The notes below the pieces were generated by a model that did not search any database, had not been told where the DNA came from, and worked only from the letters and a program-made list of their open reading frames with translations. The translations under genes were made by a program, and so were the position numbers. A stretch of 64,000 bases of DNA from a virus (Duplodnaviria > Heunggongvirae > Uroviricota > Caudoviricetes): IMG/VR virus record IMGVR_UViG_3300013426_000013, positions 61,580-125,579 of that record; one strand, written 5' to 3'. Within the stretch, counting starts at the first letter, position 1, and every line of letters begins with the position of its first letter. This document shows positions 35,805 to 44,454 of the stretch, in pieces.

Positions 35805-36470
35805 ATGTTTGACCAAAATACAGTTGTTCATTTTGAGAATGAAAATAAAGAAGATATCAAAAAAGTATTAGATGAATTGTTTGCATATGAAGAAACTCTA
35901 GAAGACAATTCGAATGTTAAGCTTGATTTGAAAGGAAAAAGTCTTGACACAATTGCTTTTGTTTTGAAAGAAGCACTGAATAATCCTGAATTAAAAAACA
36001 TTCAGTTGTTAACAAACGTATTGTGTCTGTTGAAGTCATATTTTACATTTGATTCCAGCTTTTTTGAATCTGAAGATATTTATGTTAATAAATCAGTTGA
36101 ATTGGTTGATTTGAAACGCCGTCTGAAAGATGACATCAATAAAGTTTCACGGCAAGTAGCTATTTATTTTCTGTCAATTTGTAGATCGTTGAACAAGGTT
36201 GAATATACTATGCTTGATTCATACAGGCCGTTGCCGAACCTTTACCATACACTCTTCTTGACAACAGATATGGTTACCATTAGCAGCATTTTATGTGATG
36301 TTAAAGATGGTTCTTTTTCTGAATGTTCATTGGTTCGAGATGCTAATTTATACTTTAATTCTATTATGAGTAAGTATCGTATTGGCAATGAAATGATGAA
36401 TGAATTCTTAAGACCAATCTTAAAACAGTTTCAGAAAGAAGACGGTGTAGAAAATGAAAAAGCTGATTAA
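35805..36470 (+). CDS. hypothetical protein
   Basis: 221 aa. Confidence 0.45.
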   Translation: MFDQNTVVHFENENKEDIKKVLDELFAYEETLEDNSNVKLDLKGKSLDTIAFVLKEALNNPELKNIQLLTNVLCLLKSYFTFDSSFFESEDIYVNKSVELVDLKRRLKDDINKVSRQVAIYFLSICRSLNKVEYTMLDSYRPLPNLYHTLFLTTDMVTISSILCDVKDGSFSECSLVRDANLYFNSIMSKYRIGNEMMNEFLRPILKQFQKEDGVENEKAD

Positions 36471-37110
36471 GTATAATGATCTAATTGAGTATGCTTTAAC
36501 ATATATTTCATCAGTTTGTGAAAACATTGATGGCATGAAGTCATCTGTTCCTGATGATGTTAAAAATGGTTATACACGCGTTCTTGCTAACAACGGTAAA
36601 CATTCTTTCACAATGGTAGTTTCTGATGGTACTGTTGCACAAGTTGCTTCTTCTACTGTTCGTTCTGAATTGACTAGCTTTTTGTCAACATATGGTGTAT
36701 ATTCAAAAGCAGGTACTTTGATTAATGCTAAAGGTGTTTTGAATTTCTTTAACTATTTAGCGTCCTTCATTAGTGGACATGTGTTTACTGTTGTAAATAA
36801 TGTATCGGGAAACAAGTGTTGTATTTATAAATCAGGTGCAGTTACTGTTTCAGGTGTTGCTAAATTGTCAGAAGAAATCAATTCTGATCCTGAACGCCAT
36901 GAAGTAATTTTTACGACAACACATAACGAATATAATCTGGCATCTTTAGCTGAAGCTTTGAAGAATGTGACAAGTGTTAAAAGTGTAAATACATTGATTA
37001 ATTATGCATGTTCATCTTCATCATCTTCATCAAGTTCATCTTGCAGTTGTTCGAGCAGTTCAAGTTGTTGTAGTTCATCTTCTTCATACATTGTCTATAT
37101 GATGATTTAA
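36454..37110 (+). CDS. hypothetical protein with C-terminal poly-Ser/Cys tract
   Basis: 218 aa. The C-terminus reads CSSSSSSSSSSCSCSSSSSCCSSSSSYIVYMMI, encoded by an imperfect (TCN)n microsatellite. Confidence 0.45.
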   Translation: MKKLIKYNDLIEYALTYISSVCENIDGMKSSVPDDVKNGYTRVLANNGKHSFTMVVSDGTVAQVASSTVRSELTSFLSTYGVYSKAGTLINAKGVLNFFNYLASFISGHVFTVVNNVSGNKCCIYKSGAVTVSGVAKLSEEINSDPERHEVIFTTTHNEYNLASLAEALKNVTSVKSVNTLINYACSSSSSSSSSSCSCSSSSSCCSSSSSYIVYMMI

Positions 37111-37120
37111 TAGGTGCAAT

Positions 37121-37681
37121 ATGAATATTACATATAGCAACATCACAACAACAATGCTAAATAAGTTGATAGCAATGTGTGCTAATATCAATAATTATGG
37201 CAACATTGACGCTTGTTTTAAAGCAGGTTTTTCTGTCAATGTAAAGGTACCTCATACATATACTGCTCCAGGCTCTGGCGGTAGGGTAGAATACGTACCT
37301 ATTTCAAATTATTCATTGACAGGCAATGCGGTTCCGCAACAAACCGCTGCAAATTTAACAAATGATTATAATGCATTTATTGCAAAATTAGGTTTAAATT
37401 TGAATGCAAAATGTACTGTTAACGGTATATTTTATTTGTTAGAAAATATTGTAGAATTTGCTAAAAGCAATATTTTTTTCGCAACTAGCATATATACAGG
37501 CAATAAATGGGTTGTTTATATACCTTCTAACGAATCTGTGCGTGTACACAATGCATCTGAACTGTCTGATGATATCGTAAGAGAAAACCCTGTCACTAAA
37601 ATTATTGAAGAGTATGTAACCGCAATTCGTAATCGTATTCGTGCATACCCAGCTATATATACATTTAAGATTGTAAAGTAG
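37121..37681 (+). CDS. hypothetical protein
   Basis: 186 aa. Confidence 0.45.
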   Translation: MNITYSNITTTMLNKLIAMCANINNYGNIDACFKAGFSVNVKVPHTYTAPGSGGRVEYVPISNYSLTGNAVPQQTAANLTNDYNAFIAKLGLNLNAKCTVNGIFYLLENIVEFAKSNIFFATSIYTGNKWVVYIPSNESVRVHNASELSDDIVRENPVTKIIEEYVTAIRNRIRAYPAIYTFKIVK

Positions 37682-37692
37682 AGGTAGTTTTT

Positions 37693-38331
37693 ATGAAAAA
37701 GTTTAATCTGAAATTGGGAAATAACTTTTGTCCTTTTTGTGGAAGTGAATTAACATATAACGATGAATATAAAGTAGTTTATTGCAAAACATGTAAAGAA
37801 AATGGACATACTGTTCAGTTTAAATATAAAGATGATCCGCAAGAAGCTTTTGATTATGCCAATACACGTAATGGTGAAAATGAGCTTTTAGAAAAGTTGC
37901 AAGACCTTTATGCATACTTAAAACAGTTAGGTATTGAAGGCCAGAATCTTGAAGATATTTCTGTGGCATCTGAAGGTGAATTGCCAAACAATGGTTGGAT
38001 TATCACTGAAGAAGCTGTTGCATTGCCTTGCGAAGAACCTCATGATGAAATGTATTCGCATTTAGTTACAGACAAAACCATTAATTTATCTGATCGTCAA
38101 GAAGTCTGCAATGTCATTCATTGTATTAATGTTACATATGTAATGAAAGTCCTTGACATATACATTCCAAAAAGATATAATGCAAAACAGAAAGAAGTTT
38201 TAACAAAGGTTTGCTCAAAGTATCCGAAAGATACTAAAATTGAAGTCGAATATTTGACAGAAGCTAAAGGCAAACAGTTTGAAACTTTTGATGGGTTAAG
38301 TGACTTTTTACTATTTTTGGATACAATCTAA
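37693..38331 (+). CDS. zinc-ribbon protein
   Basis: 212 aa with an N-terminal CPFCGSEL ... YCKTCKEN CxxC-CxxC ribbon. It directly precedes the radical-SAM array. Confidence 0.5.
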   Translation: MKKFNLKLGNNFCPFCGSELTYNDEYKVVYCKTCKENGHTVQFKYKDDPQEAFDYANTRNGENELLEKLQDLYAYLKQLGIEGQNLEDISVASEGELPNNGWIITEEAVALPCEEPHDEMYSHLVTDKTINLSDRQEVCNVIHCINVTYVMKVLDIYIPKRYNAKQKEVLTKVCSKYPKDTKIEVEYLTEAKGKQFETFDGLSDFLLFLDTI

Positions 38332-39194
38332 TGGATATCAAACCAATCACGGAATTTCTTCTTTGGGATAATTGCAATAACAATTGTAAGTTTTGTTTTC
38401 AACGGAAGAATCCAAGATTGTTTTCATTAGAGGAACAAGAACAAATTCTTGACAATGTGTTAAGGTTTCTTAATTCAGATGAATATATAAAAGGAAGTCA
38501 TGTACTCGTTGTTGGCGGTGAACTATTTGATCGTGATCGCGGGTTCATGCTTCCTTTTTTTGAACAGATTATTGAAAAAATGTTGTCTGACGACATTGAT
38601 ATTCTGTATTTGAATACGAATTTGATTTACGATCAAACATATTCAACAATGTTGAAACCTGTTTTAAAAATGTTCGATGCAAATAGTCTGTTTGACAGAT
38701 TAAAGTTCACAACATCTTTTGATATTGCCGGAAGGTTTAAAACGAAACAGGCACGTTCATTAGTATTGTCAAACCTATTGTTGTTAAAAGATGATTTTCC
38801 TAATCTTCGAACTGTTGTTAACATCATCTTAACAAAACAGTTTTGTGAAAGTGTTATCAATGAAAAGTTTGACATCTTTCATTTCATGGAATCGTTTAAT
38901 GTTAATACAAATCTAATTCCATACATTGTGTTGAATAAAGAGTTGTGTGCTGATAGAGAAACGATATTTGAAGCTTTAAGGAAGATTAATGAACAGCACC
39001 CTGAATATATCAGACAATACGTAGATAATATGGATTTGAGACATAAAAGGTATCTGTATGCTTGCTATCCAGATAATTTAAAATTGTGCAGTTGTGATGA
39101 TTCAGAATGTGGCCATTCTGTAAACTTTAAGAAATATAGCGATGACCATGAAGCATGTTTTGTTTGTGATTTAAAGAGAGTTTTTGATCTATGA
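38331..39194 (+). CDS. radical SAM enzyme, tandem paralog 1
   Basis: 287 aa with N-terminal NCNNNCKFCF (CX3CX2C [4Fe-4S]/SAM motif) and VVGGELFD (GGE SAM-binding motif). C-terminal cysteine cluster CSCDDSECGHSV ... CFVCD. Confidence 0.7.
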   Translation: MDIKPITEFLLWDNCNNNCKFCFQRKNPRLFSLEEQEQILDNVLRFLNSDEYIKGSHVLVVGGELFDRDRGFMLPFFEQIIEKMLSDDIDILYLNTNLIYDQTYSTMLKPVLKMFDANSLFDRLKFTTSFDIAGRFKTKQARSLVLSNLLLLKDDFPNLRTVVNIILTKQFCESVINEKFDIFHFMESFNVNTNLIPYIVLNKELCADRETIFEALRKINEQHPEYIRQYVDNMDLRHKRYLYACYPDNLKLCSCDDSECGHSVNFKKYSDDHEACFVCDLKRVFDL

Positions 39195-40147
39195 CTAAAG
39201 TAAACACAAATGTAGTAGATTGTGGTGAACATCGTTTTCTACAATTTAATTTATGGAAAGATTGCAATAATAATTGTGAATTTTGTTTTTATCGTGGTCA
39301 CAAATTGTTATCAAATGAAAAGAAAATTTCATCAATCAATTTTGTTAAAGAAAGATTGTTGGATTTGGAAGAATCTGATTTCTATAATGAAATTGGTTTC
39401 ATTGGTGGTGAGTTTTTTGATAATCAGATTGAAGATGAATCTGTGAAAAAGGCTTTTTACAAATTATTTGATATTTTAAAAGACAAACGAGAGCGCGGAA
39501 AGCTTGACCGTATTTATATTACAACTAATCTGATTTTTGATTCGAACAGATTGTTGAGACCGTTTCTTGACTACTTAAAAGAATTAAATTTATTAGATAT
39601 CACATTGTTGTGTACTTCATATGATTTGAAGTATCGGTTTCATAATGAAAAAGCATTACAGTTGTGGCAAACCAATATGGTTGAATTGTCAAAAGATTAT
39701 AACACAATGATTCATACAGAGATTATTGTGACGCAAGCATTTATTGACGCTGTAATGAAGGGAACATTTAATATTGAAGAGTTCTGTGAAAAATACAACA
39801 CACGTATTGATTATATTGAACCATCTTCAGGGTTTTATTTTTATGATAAAAAAGAGTGTGAGAAGGAAGTTAAAGACTTCTTCCCAAAACGTGAAGATTT
39901 CTTAAACTTTATTCAATATACAGCAATTGATAACCATTGGATTGATTTAACAAAATTCTTATCAATGCGCATTCGTTCTGATACGTTATATTGTCATTTA
40001 AAAGGACAGTGGCGAAAATTAGAAGGTCGTCGATCTCAATACATTTGTCCAACTTTAGGTTTGTATAATGTGACATATGAGAATGGTTATTGTGATTCAA
40101 AAGAGTCAATGGTTGAAGATGTTAATGCATTTTTAGGTAGTGTTTAA
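39191..40147 (+). CDS. radical SAM enzyme, tandem paralog 2
   Basis: 318 aa with DCNNNCEFCF and FIGGEFFD. The C-terminus differs (YCHLKG ... YICPTLG ... YCDS). Confidence 0.7.
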   Translation: MTKVNTNVVDCGEHRFLQFNLWKDCNNNCEFCFYRGHKLLSNEKKISSINFVKERLLDLEESDFYNEIGFIGGEFFDNQIEDESVKKAFYKLFDILKDKRERGKLDRIYITTNLIFDSNRLLRPFLDYLKELNLLDITLLCTSYDLKYRFHNEKALQLWQTNMVELSKDYNTMIHTEIIVTQAFIDAVMKGTFNIEEFCEKYNTRIDYIEPSSGFYFYDKKECEKEVKDFFPKREDFLNFIQYTAIDNHWIDLTKFLSMRIRSDTLYCHLKGQWRKLEGRRSQYICPTLGLYNVTYENGYCDSKESMVEDVNAFLGSV

Positions 40148-41079
40148 TGGGAAAAATGGTGCAATATTCGATGTGGTCTAATTGCAGCAATCATTGTGAT
40201 TTCTGTTTAATTCGTGACCATCATCACTATACGAAAAAAGAGCAGGTTGCTAATATTCGTAGGATTCGCGAAAACATCAAGCATGTTGATTGGCAAAATG
40301 AATTTTCATACGGAATTTCTTTATTAGGTGGTGAATTGTATTTCATTACAGATAAAGAAGTGCAAGATGAATTCATGCTGTTAATTAATGATATCATTGA
40401 TAATATTCTGTTAAAAGTTGATAATGAATTCTGTCGATATTCATCCGTTACAAATGGCTTGTATGATCCAACGTTTCTTTTTCGTGTAATTGATGAAATT
40501 AAAAACCGTGCAGGTATTGAAAAGGTTGATATTAACTTTTCATACGATTTGAAATACAGATATCATTCTGAAGAAAGAAGAAAACTTGCTTTAGAAAATA
40601 TTAACAAATTTCATGACCGATACAACTATCGTGTTGGTGTTCAGATGATTGTTACACAACATTTGATTAATTTATGTAAATCAGGTGAATTTAATGTAGC
40701 CGAATTTGTTGAAAAAGAAATTCCTGGTTGTGTGTTGTCATTGTTGTACCCGCACCCTGTTCAGACAGGAAATAAACTCCCAGATTTTTTCTTTAAACGT
40801 GAAGATCTGTTTTGGTTTGTCGATTACTTAAGAGAAAATTGTCTTGATACGTATTATAATTTTTTGTATAGTACAAAAAATTCCGGAACTTTTAAATATA
40901 CAGGGTTCCTTGACAGAACATCTAAAGGATTAAAACACCTTGATCAACAACCAACTTTATCTGATGGTAAAGAAGAGTTAAGTGAATGCGGACATTCTGT
41001 TTTGTATAAATGCTATTCTGATAGTAATGACTGTATGTTGTGTGATTTGGAATTACTAGAAGCGGATATTAATTCATGA
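40147..41079 (+). CDS. radical SAM enzyme, tandem paralog 3
   Basis: 310 aa with NCSNHCDFCL and LLGGELYF. C-terminal ECGHSVLYKCYSDSNDCMLCD. Confidence 0.7.
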   Translation: MGKMVQYSMWSNCSNHCDFCLIRDHHHYTKKEQVANIRRIRENIKHVDWQNEFSYGISLLGGELYFITDKEVQDEFMLLINDIIDNILLKVDNEFCRYSSVTNGLYDPTFLFRVIDEIKNRAGIEKVDINFSYDLKYRYHSEERRKLALENINKFHDRYNYRVGVQMIVTQHLINLCKSGEFNVAEFVEKEIPGCVLSLLYPHPVQTGNKLPDFFFKREDLFWFVDYLRENCLDTYYNFLYSTKNSGTFKYTGFLDRTSKGLKHLDQQPTLSDGKEELSECGHSVLYKCYSDSNDCMLCDLELLEADINS

Positions 41080-42056
41080 ATACTGAAATGAACAATAGAC
41101 AGGAATGCCAATTTGAAGTTTGGACTGAATGCAATTCTAAATGTGTCTTTTGTTATTTAAGTACAAATAACATCAAAACTTTAGATGAAATTAAAATCAG
41201 GCAAATGAATAAAATCATTGACAGCATGAATGAACCTGATTTTTGCAAAAAGTTTAATAAAGTAGCATTTATTGGTGGTGAATTTTATCAAGGACAATTG
41301 GCTAATCCTGAAGTCAAATCCAAATTTATGGAAATGATGGATGTTGCTGCTAAATTGTTGAATGACGGTAAAATTAATGAAGTCTGGACATGTGCAACTT
41401 TAACCATTGGCGACCAAAAAGATATGTATGAAGTGTTGAAGAAATTCAATGATATATCAAAAGTTTGGGTGTTGACATCCTATGATACAATTGGAAGATT
41501 CCATACACCTAAAATGAAACAAACATGGCTCGACAATATGCAAAAGCTGCGTGATACATATAAAGATATTAAAATCAATATCACATCTATTCTAACAGGT
41601 GATTTTATTGATAAATATCTTGAAGGTACTTTAGATTTATGGGAGATTGCTAACAAATATCAGGCTGCTGTTTTCTTGAAACCTGCTTGCCCTATTGACC
41701 GTAATGAAAAGTCACAATATACAAAAGAAGAAACGAATCAAATTATTCCAAACTTCTTTCCAACACGTGACAAATTTATTGAATTTCTATATAAATTTAG
41801 AATGAATGAACCTGAATTTATGTATGATAAATTGTTCAATATGAAATATCGCAGCGATTATTTGTATAGATTTGAAGAAGGTGAAATGCACTGTTCCCAT
41901 CGTGTAAAGGAAACACAGCAAGAATTTTATGATAAACAAATTGCCGACAATGTTGTTAATAAATGTGGTCATAGTTCACAATATCAAATCTATTTAGATA
42001 GCGAAGAGTGTGCAGTTTGTGATAAAGAAATGATTAAGGAAATGCTAAATGATTGA
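41076..42056 (+). CDS. radical SAM enzyme, tandem paralog 4
   Basis: 326 aa with ECNSKCVFCY and FIGGEFYQ. C-terminal CSHR ... NKCGHSSQY ... EECAVCD. Confidence 0.7.
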   Translation: MNTEMNNRQECQFEVWTECNSKCVFCYLSTNNIKTLDEIKIRQMNKIIDSMNEPDFCKKFNKVAFIGGEFYQGQLANPEVKSKFMEMMDVAAKLLNDGKINEVWTCATLTIGDQKDMYEVLKKFNDISKVWVLTSYDTIGRFHTPKMKQTWLDNMQKLRDTYKDIKINITSILTGDFIDKYLEGTLDLWEIANKYQAAVFLKPACPIDRNEKSQYTKEETNQIIPNFFPTRDKFIEFLYKFRMNEPEFMYDKLFNMKYRSDYLYRFEEGEMHCSHRVKETQQEFYDKQIADNVVNKCGHSSQYQIYLDSEECAVCDKEMIKEMLND

Positions 42057-42987
42057 ATCTATTCTAGAAAAAGTAGCGTTTAACAGTGCTGAATTTGCAT
42101 ATTATAAAGAAGCATTAAAGAGTTATAATGCAAAAGAACTGATGTCTGAACGTGATTATGTATCTGTAGACGAAACTTTAAAAAAGTTTTTACCTTGTCA
42201 AATTAATGATGATTATCATTTCACATTTTCTACTACAGCAACAGATTTAATTAAACAGTTGTTTGCAAAATATGTTGATGATGAAACTTTAGTTTTGACA
42301 ACAAATAGCGAACATCCAAAAGTTCAAGAAATTCTAAAGAAATGTAAAAATGTTGTTAAGGCTTTTGATAAAGAAACATTGCAGCAGTTTACAGTAGACA
42401 AGAAATATAAACGTGTTTTTATTTATATGATTGGTACAATGTGTGCAACAGGTCATATTGTATATGATCAAGAATTTGAATCAATCATTGAACGTGCGAA
42501 AGCGTCAGGAAAAGAAGTAATTACAGTTATTGATGCCGTTCAGGAATTGTTTTTGTTATATCGTGATTATAATAAATTCGATTATGTTATTGGAACAGCT
42601 CATGCCTTAATCCCAGAATACAACGTTGGATTGTTACTATCAAAAGATAATTCAATTGGGAAACCTTTAGCAATTGCTCAACCTTTTGTTACAATGCTGA
42701 ATTGGTTGTTGAAACGAAAAGAGTATCTTTATCAATTTAATACCTATATGAGTATGGAATTTGGAAATACTCGCAACACTCAATTTCATTTTGATTTTGG
42801 TATTAGTCACCTGTTTTTTATTAAAACTAGAAATGGTGAATTTAATCAAATGCAGGAAGAAGACACTGTAAGAGATAATATTGATAATGTTGGCGTACTG
42901 TTTAGAGGTTGTTGGTCTGTTGTAGATAAAAACAATTTTAACAATCTTTTTCAAACAACAAAATTTATTGTTGATGGGAATTTATAA
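42049..42987 (+). CDS. cysteine-desulfurase-like protein lacking PLP lysine, paralog 2
   Basis: 312 aa with TTNSEHPKV, IDAVQELF and DYVIGTAHALIPEYNVGLLLS, the same K-to-A substitution as paralog 1. Confidence 0.55.
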   Translation: MIESILEKVAFNSAEFAYYKEALKSYNAKELMSERDYVSVDETLKKFLPCQINDDYHFTFSTTATDLIKQLFAKYVDDETLVLTTNSEHPKVQEILKKCKNVVKAFDKETLQQFTVDKKYKRVFIYMIGTMCATGHIVYDQEFESIIERAKASGKEVITVIDAVQELFLLYRDYNKFDYVIGTAHALIPEYNVGLLLSKDNSIGKPLAIAQPFVTMLNWLLKRKEYLYQFNTYMSMEFGNTRNTQFHFDFGISHLFFIKTRNGEFNQMQEEDTVRDNIDNVGVLFRGCWSVVDKNNFNNLFQTTKFIVDGNL

Positions 42988-43076
42988 TCAAATTTTTATA
43001 TAAAATCATATAAATATCACTTGTATTTTCCTTAAAAAGATGATATTATAAAATAAGTAAGTTAAGGATTATCTGA

Positions 43077-44423
43077 ATGATAACATTGAAAATTAAATAT
43101 ATTGCAGAAAGGGCATCTGATAATCAGGTGATAGCTGATTATCAGATGCAGTATAATAATCTTCTGCATTTATTCTATAATAGATTAAAGGATGGTACAT
43201 CTGAAACAAAATGTAAACATTTACAATTCAATAACCTTGATTTAATGAAATCTTGGTTTAGACAATCTTGTGTGAAAGATGCTTCATTCTTGTTAAAGAA
43301 GAATGAGGAAACAATCTTATTTGGTGGAAAGTATCTTTTTGAACAAAGATTTAGACATAACATTTCAAAGGAAGAATTTAAAGAAAGAAGATTAGTTCCA
43401 TTGTGTTCAATTGGTGAAGGCAGATGTAATGGAAATAGATTCTTCAGATTGTCTGAAGATTGTTATTCAGTCATATTTAGTCCTATGTTAAAACAAAAGA
43501 CGAAGTTAAAACTCATTGGTGTTGGTAATAGGATTAAAGTATTAAAGAAATTATATATTCACCAACAATTAAAAGATACACCAATTACTTATAAATTGGA
43601 TAAGAAATTTGTATATATCTCATTTGATGAATCTATCTTACGAGATAAGATTGTTAAACCAATATCCAACAGAATATTTTCCATAGATATGAATCCCAAT
43701 TACATCGGATGGTCAGTCGTAGACTTGAAAGAATCTGATGAATTCAAGGTTGTGAATTCAGGTGTAATATCACTGAAAAATATCAACGATGTTGAGTTCA
43801 AATTTAAGAAATTAAAATTACCTTCAACATCCACAGAAAGAAAACATCTGAACAATAAACGCAACTATGAAACATTGGAAGTATCAAAGTTTCTTGTCGA
43901 TATATCTAAACATTATCATTGTGAGTGTTTTGCTATTGAAGATTTGGTTATCAAATCCAAGGATAATTATCAAGGAAAGAATTTCAATAGACTTATAAAC
44001 AATAATTGGAATAGAAATAAACTAGTCAATAACTTAAGAAAAAGATGTAATATATTCGGTATTAAATTTGTAGAAATATCTCCACAATATTCATCTGTTA
44101 TAGGCAATTTAGTTTACAGGGAATTAAGATTACCTGATATGGTTTTATCTTCTATTGAGATCAGTAGAAGATGCTATGAATTTAATCTTCAATACATAAA
44201 GAAGATTAAAGCTAAAACGAAGAATGTGATCTTTCCAGATTTAACAGAATTACTATTAGACAAAGTAAAACACTCGTTGGAAGAAGTAAAGTGCTTTGTG
44301 GATTTTGTGAGTTGGAAACAGATTCATTCAGAGTTAAAGAAATCTAAACTTAGATATAGATTTCCTCTTGACGAAAGAGTCTTTAAGACTAAAACCTTAA
44401 GGTTTATTAATGTTTTTATATGA
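43077..44423 (+). CDS. TnpB/OrfB (IS200/IS605)-like protein, truncated, lacking zinc finger and RuvC-III (TldR-like, probably nuclease-dead)
   Basis: 448 aa. The N-terminus MITLKIKYIAE ... NNLLHLFYNRL resembles the TnpB N-terminus. RuvC-I is FSIDMNPNYIGWSV and RuvC-II is CFAIEDLVIKSKDNYQGKNFNRLINNNW ... GIKFVEISPQYSSVIGN (compare TnpB IAIEDLNVKG ... W ... PxYTSQxC). There is no CxxC ... CxxC finger and no D-x-D-x-NAA motif downstream. Confidence 0.55.
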   Translation: MITLKIKYIAERASDNQVIADYQMQYNNLLHLFYNRLKDGTSETKCKHLQFNNLDLMKSWFRQSCVKDASFLLKKNEETILFGGKYLFEQRFRHNISKEEFKERRLVPLCSIGEGRCNGNRFFRLSEDCYSVIFSPMLKQKTKLKLIGVGNRIKVLKKLYIHQQLKDTPITYKLDKKFVYISFDESILRDKIVKPISNRIFSIDMNPNYIGWSVVDLKESDEFKVVNSGVISLKNINDVEFKFKKLKLPSTSTERKHLNNKRNYETLEVSKFLVDISKHYHCECFAIEDLVIKSKDNYQGKNFNRLINNNWNRNKLVNNLRKRCNIFGIKFVEISPQYSSVIGNLVYRELRLPDMVLSSIEISRRCYEFNLQYIKKIKAKTKNVIFPDLTELLLDKVKHSLEEVKCFVDFVSWKQIHSELKKSKLRYRFPLDERVFKTKTLRFINVFI

Positions 44424-44454
44424 TTTTAATGAATTTTAATATTTTAGGTGTTTA

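Noticed and set aside
38331-42056. Calling the four radical-SAM paralogs viperin-like or QueE
   Set aside because: The CN-x-x-C-x-FCF pattern resembles viperin, but also anSME, MoaA, NrdG and many others. Length and a GGE motif are generic. Without profile searches a subfamily name would be invented.
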